A stretch of DNA of 47,534 bases from a virus. A model generated the notes under the pieces. The model did not search any database, was not told the DNA's origin, and worked only from the letters and a program-made list of their open reading frames with translations. Shown here in pieces: positions 23,078 to 32,906 of this stretch; positions within the stretch are counted from its first letter, which is position 1; the number at the start of each line of letters is the position of its first letter. Made by a program: the position numbers and the translations under genes. The stretch lies in IMG/VR virus record IMGVR_UViG_3300024520_000007, positions 1 through 47,534 of that record; one strand, 5' to 3'.

Positions 23078-24834
23078 TGGAAACCCAGCTACAAATTGAA
23101 TATGTGGATACAGAAGAACTGAAACCCTTTGTTGACAATCCAAGGGCGCATTCTGAACGGAATATTGGTGATATTGCTCGTTCCATTAAACGGTTCGGCT
23201 GGACTAATCCCATCATTGTTCGCCGGAGCGACAACATGATAGTCGCAGGGCATGGTAGGGTGGAAGCCGCACAGAATCAGGGGTTAGAGCAAGTGCCTGT
23301 TATCTATGTTGACATGAGTGAGAATGATGCCAAACTCTACAGCATTGCCGACAATAGGACAGCCGAAACCAGCGAATGGGATTTCACCACTCTGACCGAG
23401 TTGCTGAAAGAACTTAATGCTCTCCCAGATATAGACATCGATGACAGCGGGTTTGACTCTACAGAGATTGAGGAGCTTGACCAGTTGCTGGCAAATATTG
23501 ACACCGATATAAGCCAACATCTTCTACAGGGAACGGAAGAAGAAATCCCTCGACCCAAACTGGTTGACAAGTTTATCGTGCCGCCGTTCTCGGTTCTGGA
23601 CGCACGGGCTGGATACTGGCAAACACGGAAACGGGAATGGTTGAACTTGGGGATCAGTAGTGAGTTGGGACGGGGAGCGAACTTATTGCAATTCTCCGAT
23701 ACGGTACTGGAACCTGATGCTGAGAAACGGAAACAGCGGTCTATTACTGAAGGGCATTTGTTACAGGGCGGCATCTCCGGCAAAGACCCAAGTTTCTATG
23801 AACAGAAACGAGAGAAGGAAAAAGAGTTAGGTCGGGAACTTACCACCACCGAGTTTAGGGAAGACCATTACGAAGCAGGGTGGAAAAAGAGACAGAAGCA
23901 ATATGTGGACGGTGGGCTTCTAATGAAAGCCGATAACGGGAACGACCCAGCCTACTATTTTAAAAAGCAACAGGTGGAAGCTGATTTGGGACATGAAATC
24001 TCTACGGCTGAATTCCAAGAGAAATATTATACGGGATCGACCACCTACGCTTCTGGAACCTCTGTCTTTGATCCTGTCTTATGTGAACTGGCATACAGAT
24101 GGTTTTGTCCTGACGGCGGCGGCATCCTTGACCCGTTTGCTGGTGGGTCTATCAGGGGCGTGGTAGCCGAGATGCTGGGGTACAAATATTGCGGTATAGA
24201 ACTGAGGGCAGAACAGGTAGAGGAAAACAGGAGACAAGCCGAAGCCCTGAGCGTGGAGCCGGAGTGGATAGTGGAAGACAGTTCTAAAATCGAGGGGTTG
24301 GTCAAGTCTCAATTCGACCTTATATTTTCATGCCCACCGTATTACGACCTTGAAGTCTACAGCCAGCTAGAAGGGGAGTTGAGTGCCTTTAAAACCTACG
24401 GGGAGTTTCTGGAAGTCTATAGGAACATTGTCACTCAGACTGTCTCCTTCCTAAATGATAACCGATTCGCTTGTTTCGTTGTTGGAGACATCAGGGATCA
24501 GGAAGGGATATACAGGAATTTTGTCAGCGATACCATACAGGCGTTCACGGATGCTGGCATGAAATACTACAACGAAATGATCCTCGTTCAGCCTGTCGGT
24601 TCACTGGCAATCAGGATAAACAACCAGTTTCAAGGATACAGGAAAGTGGGGAAAGCCCACCAGAACGTTCTTGTTTTCTACAAGGGCAATGTCAAGGATA
24701 TCAAGCAAGAATTCCCTGAGTTGGCACTTGACTATGAGTTGTCTCAGTTTGATAAAAGCGACCCAGAGGAACCGAACAAAGACGAATATGGTGAGCCTTT
24801 GACTTTTGAGGGCATCAGTGGAGAGTTGCTGTGA
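23077..24834 (+). CDS. ParB-like N-terminal domain fused to an amino-type (N6A/N4C) DNA methyltransferase
   Basis: ParB/Srx motif NMIVAGHGRVEAA; SAM motif ILDPFAGGSIRG; catalytic motif FSCPPYYD (PPY with an unusual Cys). AGGAG RBS; tgATG overlap with the upstream stop. Confidence 0.85.
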   Translation: METQLQIEYVDTEELKPFVDNPRAHSERNIGDIARSIKRFGWTNPIIVRRSDNMIVAGHGRVEAAQNQGLEQVPVIYVDMSENDAKLYSIADNRTAETSEWDFTTLTELLKELNALPDIDIDDSGFDSTEIEELDQLLANIDTDISQHLLQGTEEEIPRPKLVDKFIVPPFSVLDARAGYWQTRKREWLNLGISSELGRGANLLQFSDTVLEPDAEKRKQRSITEGHLLQGGISGKDPSFYEQKREKEKELGRELTTTEFREDHYEAGWKKRQKQYVDGGLLMKADNGNDPAYYFKKQQVEADLGHEISTAEFQEKYYTGSTTYASGTSVFDPVLCELAYRWFCPDGGGILDPFAGGSIRGVVAEMLGYKYCGIELRAEQVEENRRQAEALSVEPEWIVEDSSKIEGLVKSQFDLIFSCPPYYDLEVYSQLEGELSAFKTYGEFLEVYRNIVTQTVSFLNDNRFACFVVGDIRDQEGIYRNFVSDTIQAFTDAGMKYYNEMILVQPVGSLAIRINNQFQGYRKVGKAHQNVLVFYKGNVKDIKQEFPELALDYELSQFDKSDPEEPNKDEYGEPLTFEGISGELL

Positions 24835-25973
24835 CAGCGCAAGCGGAGTGGCAACAGGGGTACGATATTGATTATCTGAAAGGCATATACCAGCCTTTCA
24901 AAGAGTTGCACAAACCTCTGGTGTATGGAGCTTTCGGATTGGTTAAGGAACGTGACATTGCTGTAGCCCTGACCAAAGAGCAATGCTGTTTTGACTCTAA
25001 ACGCACCACCTGTCTGATTTGGAAATGGCTTAAACGAGGATCGACCAAGACTGATTTCAAAGGGGAGCCGTTCAAATATGAACCTGACTCTTTGGTGATA
25101 ACGCATTTCGTCACTACCGATCCTGAGATTGGAAGCCAACTGATGGGAAAAGTTATGACCCAGTTTGAAGCTACAGGCAAACCCGTTTACGCTGAGGTTT
25201 TCGAGGAAGACATAACAGCAAGAGAGATTGTGCAGTTTTACGGGTTCGGCTGGCAACGGACAAAGGTTACAGCGGGGTCGGAAATAATGGGTCTTTACCG
25301 TTTGGGCCATCCTCACGGTGGAGAAGACAGCAGGGAAGCGTTCACTCTTGGGGCGGCTGACACCGAGTTGCTGGACGAATGCCAGCCTTTAACGGATGAT
25401 GAACTGGAAGCGGTCAGGGCAGAACTGGACAACTGTTCGCTTTATGCACAGCACTATTCCTCATACAACAAACGGAAATCTTGGACATCCTTTGCCTTGA
25501 GAGGATACAGCCGGGACGACCCAGAGTTTATTATCAAACCCTCGGAAATGAGTAAGAAGTGGAAACAGGGAAACGCCGAGATGCTGGACAATCCGGCTGA
25601 GTGGACGAATGTGGCTGAACAGTTTCCTACCTCGGTATCCATTGCTGAAAGATTCGGAACCCTTGACCGTGTTCGGTTTATGAAATTGGGCGCAGGGGGA
25701 GAGTTGAGCCGTCACGCAGATATTACCGACAGGGATGCGGGAGTACGAAAAGGAAAAGTGATGCGGTTGCATATCCCTATATATACGAATAATGACATCA
25801 CATTTTACGCTTGGGATTTGCGTGGCAGTCTTTTGACCATGAGTTTCGAGGTGGGCAACGTTTATTATCTGGATCAGAGGAAGCCGCACCGAGTGACAAA
25901 CAATTCCAAGGAAGATCGTGTGCATTTGGTTATTGATGTCGTTTCTAGTGGTGAGAGCCGGAGGGTTGCATGA
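24831..25973 (+). CDS. Two-domain enzyme: GNAT-like N-terminal half plus an aspartyl/asparaginyl beta-hydroxylase-like cupin
   Basis: C-terminal half LSRHADITD...MRLHIPIYTNN...VYYLDQRKPHRVTNNSKEDRVHLVIDV fits the AspH-family pattern. N-terminal half VTTDPEIGSQLMGKVMTQFEATGKPVYAEVFEEDITAREIVQFYGFG is GNAT-like (weak). GTGA overlap. Confidence 0.65.
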   Translation: MTAQAEWQQGYDIDYLKGIYQPFKELHKPLVYGAFGLVKERDIAVALTKEQCCFDSKRTTCLIWKWLKRGSTKTDFKGEPFKYEPDSLVITHFVTTDPEIGSQLMGKVMTQFEATGKPVYAEVFEEDITAREIVQFYGFGWQRTKVTAGSEIMGLYRLGHPHGGEDSREAFTLGAADTELLDECQPLTDDELEAVRAELDNCSLYAQHYSSYNKRKSWTSFALRGYSRDDPEFIIKPSEMSKKWKQGNAEMLDNPAEWTNVAEQFPTSVSIAERFGTLDRVRFMKLGAGGELSRHADITDRDAGVRKGKVMRLHIPIYTNNDITFYAWDLRGSLLTMSFEVGNVYYLDQRKPHRVTNNSKEDRVHLVIDVVSSGESRRVA

Positions 25974-26707
25974 CCATACCCAATGTTCGTAAATGGCTGG
26001 AGATCCCACCCGTTATTGAACGGCACGGAGAGATAGATGTCTTGCGTGACGATTTGATCGACGGTGGGTCAAAGGCACGGTTCCTTCCGTTCCTCATAAA
26101 CGGGGCCAAAGAAGTGGTGTTCGGTGGGCCTTTTTGCGGGGGTGCGCCGTACTCGTTAGCAGTCTTAGGTAGGGAAGCGGGAATCAAGGTGACGCTGTTC
26201 TATGCTAAAAGGAAAAACCATCACCGCCGACAGGTGGGATCATTGAAACATGGAGCAAAGATATACCAAGTGCCATACGGGTACATGACCAATGTGCAGT
26301 CCAAGGCACGGAGATATGCTGAAGACAATGACGCTTTGTTTCTTCCTCTGGGGTTCGATGTGCCGGAAGCGGAAGACCCGTTTGTGGAATTCATAGAATC
26401 TATCCGTAAGAAACAGGGCGATTATGATGAGGTCTGGTGTGCTGTCGGGTCGGGTATGCTGGCTCGTTGCCTGTCACGGGGGTTTCCAAATTCAAGCATA
26501 CAGGGAGTCTCGGTGGGGCTGAAAAGCAGACAGGACAAACAGGATTTCGGCGGCAATGTGACAATCCATGAAAGCGGTTATAAGTTCGCTCAGCCCTCGA
26601 AAGGTAGTAGTCCGTTTTCCAGTTGCGAAAACTATGACAAGAAAGCGTGGGAGCAATGCGTGACTAAAAGCAAGAACCGTGTGCTGTTCTGGAACGTGAT
26701 GGGCTGA
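25970..26707 (+). CDS. Short PLP-dependent fold-type II enzyme (ACC deaminase / D-cysteine desulfhydrase-like)
   Basis: VLRDDLIDGGSKARFLPFL parallels the RDDL..GGNK.RKLEFL lysine motif. ATGA overlap with the upstream gene. Confidence 0.55.
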   Translation: MTIPNVRKWLEIPPVIERHGEIDVLRDDLIDGGSKARFLPFLINGAKEVVFGGPFCGGAPYSLAVLGREAGIKVTLFYAKRKNHHRRQVGSLKHGAKIYQVPYGYMTNVQSKARRYAEDNDALFLPLGFDVPEAEDPFVEFIESIRKKQGDYDEVWCAVGSGMLARCLSRGFPNSSIQGVSVGLKSRQDKQDFGGNVTIHESGYKFAQPSKGSSPFSSCENYDKKAWEQCVTKSKNRVLFWNVMG

Positions 26708-26720
26708 GGGGGGAAAGGAA

Positions 26721-28064
26721 ATGTCGTCATTTTTTCAATACAGGTATCCTCAAGCTGTAGCATTGACTCCTTTGATGAAACCTTATTTCGATGCCTTGCC
26801 CAAACAACAACTATTCATGGATTCAGAGAAAGCAGAGAACCTGTACTCAGGTGCCGTCCGAGCGGGAAAGAGTCGAGCCTTGATGGAGAAGCTGTACCAG
26901 ACAGCCGTTGAATATCCGGGTATCCGGTGCGGCGTGTTCCGAAAGGTGCGGTCAACTCTGGCAGAAACCACGCTACGGACATTGCTGGTAGACGTTATTG
27001 GCTGGGGGTCGGTAGAGAACGAGGAATCCGGCATTGTCAAGACCTACCGTAAATCGGACATGAAACTGATATTTTATAATGGGAGTGAAATAATCTTCTT
27101 CGGTATGGATAAGGAAACCAAGATAGGGTCGTTGGAATTGGGAGCGGCATTCTTGGATGAGGTACACGAGTTTGAAGAAGGTGATTGGAACATGATACAA
27201 ACACGGCTGTCACAACCCCTTTTGGAGAAACCGCAAATGTGGTCGGCTTGCAATCCAGCCAGCCCCACGCATTGGCTGTACGAAAAGTTCTTTCGTTCTC
27301 CAACGGAAGAAACGTTCAGCGTGGCTACCAACTCCTATGAAAATCCTTATTTGGGTGACGAATATATCGCACGGCTTAACCGTATGTCCGGCATTATGAA
27401 ACGGCGTTTAGTCGACGGGGAATGGGTGGGGTATGCCGGAGTTATCTACAACTGTTTCGATCCTGATAAACACCTGATTGACGAACCTTTTGAGGGGGAA
27501 CATATTAACTTCCGCTGTCTGGATTTCGGTGGCTTGAATCCTTATGTATGCCAATGGTGGAGATATTATCCAGAAACCAAACGCATGGTGCTGTTCCGTG
27601 AAATCTATTTCTCCGACATCTCTATAGAGGATTTCTGTCGCATGATCCACGAACATCAGCCGAAAGAGGAACCCGTTAACTTTACTGTATCTGACCATGA
27701 TGCCAGTGACCGTATATTCCTCGCCAAGCATGGCATTTTAACTTTATCGGCTCTGAAGGATGTGCGGAAAGGCGTGCAAGATACATACGAGAAAATCGCT
27801 AATGATGAAATCTATTTCGTTAAGGACACGGTAGTTGAACCTGATTGGAAGCTGAAAGATGATAGCGGAGCCATCAAGCGTAAACGTCCTCAGAGTACCG
27901 TAGAGGAATTGTCAGGTTACGAATGGGCGACTTCCGGCGATACAGCCAAGGATCAGCCTGTCAAACGTGACGATCATGGAATGGATGCAATGCGGTACGC
28001 CGTTGAAGCGATCATACACGGGCAGAATAAGAAACCGACTTGGAGTTATCTCAGGGGGGTATGA
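26721..28064 (+). CDS. terL: Terminase large subunit
   Basis: Walker A GAVRAGKSRAL, Walker B AAFLDEV, C-terminal nuclease motif DDHGMDAMRYAV. Confidence 0.9.
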   Translation: MSSFFQYRYPQAVALTPLMKPYFDALPKQQLFMDSEKAENLYSGAVRAGKSRALMEKLYQTAVEYPGIRCGVFRKVRSTLAETTLRTLLVDVIGWGSVENEESGIVKTYRKSDMKLIFYNGSEIIFFGMDKETKIGSLELGAAFLDEVHEFEEGDWNMIQTRLSQPLLEKPQMWSACNPASPTHWLYEKFFRSPTEETFSVATNSYENPYLGDEYIARLNRMSGIMKRRLVDGEWVGYAGVIYNCFDPDKHLIDEPFEGEHINFRCLDFGGLNPYVCQWWRYYPETKRMVLFREIYFSDISIEDFCRMIHEHQPKEEPVNFTVSDHDASDRIFLAKHGILTLSALKDVRKGVQDTYEKIANDEIYFVKDTVVEPDWKLKDDSGAIKRKRPQSTVEELSGYEWATSGDTAKDQPVKRDDHGMDAMRYAVEAIIHGQNKKPTWSYLRGV

Positions 28065-28364
28065 ATGAGAATACCACGGTCATTTTATGTTTGGGACTTA
28101 AAGGAACCCCAGATAGAAAAAGATATCGTTGATCCTCACTTTGGGCGCATGGTTCAACTCAGATGCGATACCGATATGGAATACCGTGATCTGGTTAGCT
28201 ACGATGATATGCTGTTTACCGTTTCCAAGACAGTGATAACCCACCCTGATTATTGTATATACAGGCTAGTAGAGAAAGACAAGTTTGAATATTTGTTGGA
28301 AACCAAACGGGGTGAAGAACGGAACAGAAACAGCCTGATTTTCTTACCAACGGGATGGAGCTAA
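28065..28364 (+). CDS. Hypothetical protein (99 aa)
   Basis: ATG lies directly after the terL stop. Confidence 0.5.
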   Translation: MRIPRSFYVWDLKEPQIEKDIVDPHFGRMVQLRCDTDMEYRDLVSYDDMLFTVSKTVITHPDYCIYRLVEKDKFEYLLETKRGEERNRNSLIFLPTGWS

Positions 28365-28365
28365 G

Positions 28366-29802
28366 ATGGCATACGAACAGATAGCAGATTATAACGATAT
28401 CTACGAGAAGTACAGCACCGATTGGGATTTCTTTGAGCAATCTTATGTGGGCGGCAGAAGGTACGTTACCAATAAGAACTTGTTTCGCCATTCACGGGAA
28501 AACCAAGATGATTTTAATACACGGATGAAACGCAGTCCTTTTATCAATTATTGCCGACCCATTATTGATATCTATACCAGCTTCATCTTCGGCATTGAAA
28601 CCAATATTGCCCGAAACACTGAGAACGAAAGTTACCGTGCCTTTATTGAAGACGCTGATTATCAGGGTCACAATATGCACACGTTCATGGAACAGGTAGC
28701 TACCTTTGCTATGGTCTATGGTCATGTAGGCGTGGTGGTGGATATGCCGCAATCGGAGATGGATATCATCTCGATGGCTGACTTGCAAGCTACCGATATT
28801 CGCCCTTACTGTACATGGTATGACGCTCCAAATATTACCAACTGGCGTATGGATAAATTCAACCAGCTTCTGTGGGTACGATTAAGGGAACTGGATTACG
28901 CTGAAGTCGATCCTTTTGTTGAACAGTCTTCCTCATACAATTATCAGTACCGTACATGGACACGGACAGAATGGTATTTGCATGACTCTGACGGCAACCT
29001 CAAGGAATCGGGTGAACATGGGTTAGGGGTTGTGCCTTTTATCAGTGTCCAGTTTAAAGAGAATCCTGTTGACGAATTTGTAGGGATGTCGAGGTTGACT
29101 GATATCGCACCCATCAACCGATTATTGACCAATGTGATCTCATATATAGAAGAATTCGTTTCCAAGCAAGCATTCCCGTTTCTGGCTACTCCTGATGATC
29201 CGATAGGTGCAGGGATACAGCAAGAGGAAGAACAGGTTATTTCATCTTCCAATGTATACCAGTTTCCAGCAGGGTCGCAACCTCCACAATACGTTTCACC
29301 TCCGACTGATCCCGCCACGTTCATGCGTGAGTTCGCTTCCCAATATCTGGTAAAGGAGATGTTGAGGTTGGCACATTTGGAGTTCCGTGAACTGGCAGAG
29401 CAAAGCGGGGTGGCGAAGCAATACGATTTCCATCAGTTGAATCAGGTGCTTGTACGGTTCAGCCGAACATTGGAAGCCACAGAAACCAAGATGGCACGAT
29501 TGTTTGATAGATGGATGAATACTGAAACGGATTACGAGGTGGATTACCCTGACGATTTCCAGACCAACCCTGTACAGATGGCAATTGAAAACGGGTTGGA
29601 GATTCGCAAACTGATGGGAGACAAGTCACCGACTTTCGTTAATGCTCATTTGAGAAAACTGATGGAACAATTGGAACCCAAACTGTCGTCAGAAATACAA
29701 CGTATTATAGATGCTGAGATGGATGAGTCCACGCAGACCGAATTGATAATGACCAACATCGATGAGACTGTCAACGGCAATGGCACCTTCATGGCAACCT
29801 GA
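28366..29802 (+). CDS. Portal protein
   Basis: 478 aa, located after terL and before the MuF gene; GGAG RBS. Confidence 0.75.
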   Translation: MAYEQIADYNDIYEKYSTDWDFFEQSYVGGRRYVTNKNLFRHSRENQDDFNTRMKRSPFINYCRPIIDIYTSFIFGIETNIARNTENESYRAFIEDADYQGHNMHTFMEQVATFAMVYGHVGVVVDMPQSEMDIISMADLQATDIRPYCTWYDAPNITNWRMDKFNQLLWVRLRELDYAEVDPFVEQSSSYNYQYRTWTRTEWYLHDSDGNLKESGEHGLGVVPFISVQFKENPVDEFVGMSRLTDIAPINRLLTNVISYIEEFVSKQAFPFLATPDDPIGAGIQQEEEQVISSSNVYQFPAGSQPPQYVSPPTDPATFMREFASQYLVKEMLRLAHLEFRELAEQSGVAKQYDFHQLNQVLVRFSRTLEATETKMARLFDRWMNTETDYEVDYPDDFQTNPVQMAIENGLEIRKLMGDKSPTFVNAHLRKLMEQLEPKLSSEIQRIIDAEMDESTQTELIMTNIDETVNGNGTFMAT

Positions 29803-31730
29803 TGTCAATAAGCGATTATGAAAAAACCATCTACAATATGCGAAGCGTACCGCTTAAACGTACCAAGGAAGTGGAGGAACGTTTAATGACGGCACTGGAA
29901 ATGGCAAACGCTCAGTTACGGGTAATCATCGGGCAAGAGGATGAGCCGCTAAAGATTCGTGCCTATCAGGAAAAACGGATGAAGGTGGTACAAATGATGA
30001 ACGAGTTGGGTATCAGTCTCAAACGGGATATCACCGCCGCCATCAGCGAAGTTGTCAATGACATTGCCAGCACGGAACAGGACGCTACCAATGATTTGTT
30101 GCTGGAACATGACGATGCCAACCTGATGGTTGATTTCACCGAGATACCACGACAAACGATAGACGCTCTGGCTCATAGATACGATACGGAAGGTTTGAGA
30201 ATCTCATCCACTATTTGGGCGCAAGCGCAGATAGGTGAAATTGAAAATGTGGTTTTATCAGGTATAGCTAGAGGGCAATCAGCGGCAGAAATGAGTAACC
30301 AGTTATCGAAATTCATAATGGGTGGTGGTACGGGCATGGGGACGTCCGTCCAAGCTAAAGCCATGAGATTAGCACGAACAGAAATCAACAATGCGTATTG
30401 GGAATCAGCCAGAAGGTCGAGCGACCAAAGCCCTATTGTTGGAGCGGTCAAGTGGCAGTTGAGCGGGAGACATCCAGAATATGACGTTTGTAACTTGCTG
30501 GCTGAAAGCAGTGTGTTTCAATTGGGGCCGGGGGTGTATCCACCGGAATATTTGCCACCCAAGCCGCACCCTAACTGTCTGTGTTATCAGACAGATCTCC
30601 TTAGGCATCCTTCTTTGTGGGAAAAGCCGAAAAAGATTTACACTGATGCCGAATTGACCAAAGCCCTGACAACAGCCCTTCATACAGAAACACCTTCCTC
30701 TGCAACGGGAAGCAAGGGGTTCAAGGAAAAGCAATTACAGCTTTTCAAGGAAACGGTATCCAATGTAGTCAGAAAAGGACTGCCGGGGAAAGCTGTGTCG
30801 ACAGCGTTTTTGGAAGCTCCAGACTTGCCACCTGATACACCAGTAGCAACGCTGTACAATATGTTCCTTGAAGGAGGTAGGGCATTAGCTGAAAGACTAG
30901 ATGCGGGATTCAGTAAAAAAAGAGAGACGGACGTACATGGTTTTTATACGGGGAAATACGAGTGGAGACAGGATTTGACTGACAGCGACATTGGGTATGC
31001 TCAGAAAATAGGGTCGGCTTTAAGATCAGACGCTATCCCGATTTCGGTTAATATTCCTATCTCTGAGTCGAGAGTGTTCAAGGCAATGTTGAAATCAGGT
31101 CGGTCGAAGAACCTGTTTGAAACTGGCAGGGGGTACGGCTCAGCCGATAAAAAAAGGCGTGCGGGTTGGGAAGCATCGTTGGTTTCCGAAGGGCTTGACC
31201 AGCAGGATAAAGCTGAGGGGGAGAAACTCTATGATGAAATGCCGCCAAGAGAGAAACCCAGCTACGGTGCTTTGAATCTGGGTAATGATCCTAAAGGTGC
31301 GGCTTCTCAATATGGTAAAGCGTATTTTGAAATGGAACCTCACGTTAAGAATCGGTCTACTTTCACTCCCAACAATTCTTCACAAACTTCTCAGGTTTCT
31401 ACTTTTAGAAATGCGGAAACCTTTTCACTGTCTGAGGAAGGCAGGGAATATCAAGGCTCGGTGGATGCCAACAGGAAAGACCCAACCAAATATATCGAAG
31501 TGCAGATTTGGAACGGGTTTGATTTCAAGAAAGACGTTAAAGCCTTGCATATCAACCGATCCGTCTTGAAGGAGCTAAAAAAAGTACCCGATTTCTGGGA
31601 TGCTAAAACTAAATCTTATCGACCTGATATCATGGCGGCTGACTACCTAGAAATTGATGGGGATTTACGAGAGTTTGCCGACAAATACGATGTGGAAATA
31701 GTGGTGCATGAGGACGAGGATACCGAATGA
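29802..31730 (+). CDS. MuF / SPP1 gp7-like head morphogenesis protein with a C-terminal extension of about 375 aa
   Basis: VKWQLSGRHPEYDVCNLL...PKPHPNCLCY is the MuF signature; tgATG overlap with the portal gene. Confidence 0.8.
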   Translation: MSISDYEKTIYNMRSVPLKRTKEVEERLMTALEMANAQLRVIIGQEDEPLKIRAYQEKRMKVVQMMNELGISLKRDITAAISEVVNDIASTEQDATNDLLLEHDDANLMVDFTEIPRQTIDALAHRYDTEGLRISSTIWAQAQIGEIENVVLSGIARGQSAAEMSNQLSKFIMGGGTGMGTSVQAKAMRLARTEINNAYWESARRSSDQSPIVGAVKWQLSGRHPEYDVCNLLAESSVFQLGPGVYPPEYLPPKPHPNCLCYQTDLLRHPSLWEKPKKIYTDAELTKALTTALHTETPSSATGSKGFKEKQLQLFKETVSNVVRKGLPGKAVSTAFLEAPDLPPDTPVATLYNMFLEGGRALAERLDAGFSKKRETDVHGFYTGKYEWRQDLTDSDIGYAQKIGSALRSDAIPISVNIPISESRVFKAMLKSGRSKNLFETGRGYGSADKKRRAGWEASLVSEGLDQQDKAEGEKLYDEMPPREKPSYGALNLGNDPKGAASQYGKAYFEMEPHVKNRSTFTPNNSSQTSQVSTFRNAETFSLSEEGREYQGSVDANRKDPTKYIEVQIWNGFDFKKDVKALHINRSVLKELKKVPDFWDAKTKSYRPDIMAADYLEIDGDLREFADKYDVEIVVHEDEDTE

Positions 31731-32041
31731 AAATCAAAGCAATCCTAGCGGGAAACAATGCCCGTAACGGCAATGTTGCGGTAGAAGTGAACTCGCAGAT
31801 GATGACGTATGTCGAGGGGGGCGAGGGGTTCAGAGATTCTCGGCAACGGTTCCCATTGATTTACATACAGGCGGCGATGGCAAAGTATATGTATTTGCCT
31901 GTCACGCCACCAGTAGAAGTGGACACGTTCTCGGATATACCTGAGATCATGTCGGGCATGAGGAAGATTGTTAATTCAACATCGGGGTATCCCGATCCAT
32001 CAATAGATTATTGGACGTATCAACCTGTCGACGGACTCTAA
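31727..32041 (+). CDS. Hypothetical protein (104 aa)
   Basis: ATGA overlap. Confidence 0.5.
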   Translation: MKIKAILAGNNARNGNVAVEVNSQMMTYVEGGEGFRDSRQRFPLIYIQAAMAKYMYLPVTPPVEVDTFSDIPEIMSGMRKIVNSTSGYPDPSIDYWTYQPVDGL

Positions 32042-32072
32042 ACGGTGCTGACGAGCATACGGAGATAAAAAA

Positions 32073-32906
32073 ATGGCTGAAGAAACCATTGAGCAACAAC
32101 CACAAGTTGAACCGCTAGTTGAACCGATGAAGGGGAATATGTCTTTCACGGAAGAACAGCAAACCTATATAGATAATACCTTGATTCCAGAACGGTTGAC
32201 CCGATTGCGTAAACAGATGGAAAAGTCTGTGGACGCTCAGGCTAATCAGGAAGAAAGGGAAGAATTAACCAAGTATCGCCAAGCCGAAGCAGAACGGTTA
32301 TCAGCGGAAGAAGCCGAAAAACAGAAACAAGCTGAAGAACGGGGTGAGTTTCAGCGTATCCTTGAAGAAAAGGATACTGCTTACTCGAGAACCCTTGACG
32401 AACTGAACCAAGCCTTGGACACGGAACGCCGATCTTCGGAACGGATGTTTCTTTCTAATAGCTTGCAGTCGTCTTTGGCTCGGAGTAAAGGGGGGATATT
32501 GCCGAACATGATAAATATCGCCGCTACTCAACTGGAAGTGGGAACGCCGCTATTGCCAAATTCTGACGATTTATATCGTGCCACCGCAGTGAAGAATGAG
32601 GATTCGGGATATCGGGTTTCGCTTACCGATACGAATGGACATTCGGCACTCAACGATAAAGGTGAAGATCTGAGTTTGGATGAAGCTGTGGAACTGTTCT
32701 TGGACAGGCATCCCGCTTTTATCCCTGCCAACGTGAGAAACGGAGGCTCAGGATCACACAATTCCAGAATGACTCAAGCTGATTCCTTGCGCAAAGATTA
32801 CGAAACAGCTATGGAAAAAGCGGGGAAATCTGGGCAACGGGCAGACCAGAATGAAATGATGCGGCTACGGCGAGAACTAAGCAAAATTGAAGGAGATACA
32901 TCGTAA
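32073..32906 (+). CDS. Scaffolding protein
   Basis: Glu/Lys/Gln-rich coiled-coil sequence located immediately before the capsid gene. Confidence 0.65.
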   Translation: MAEETIEQQPQVEPLVEPMKGNMSFTEEQQTYIDNTLIPERLTRLRKQMEKSVDAQANQEEREELTKYRQAEAERLSAEEAEKQKQAEERGEFQRILEEKDTAYSRTLDELNQALDTERRSSERMFLSNSLQSSLARSKGGILPNMINIAATQLEVGTPLLPNSDDLYRATAVKNEDSGYRVSLTDTNGHSALNDKGEDLSLDEAVELFLDRHPAFIPANVRNGGSGSHNSRMTQADSLRKDYETAMEKAGKSGQRADQNEMMRLRRELSKIEGDTS

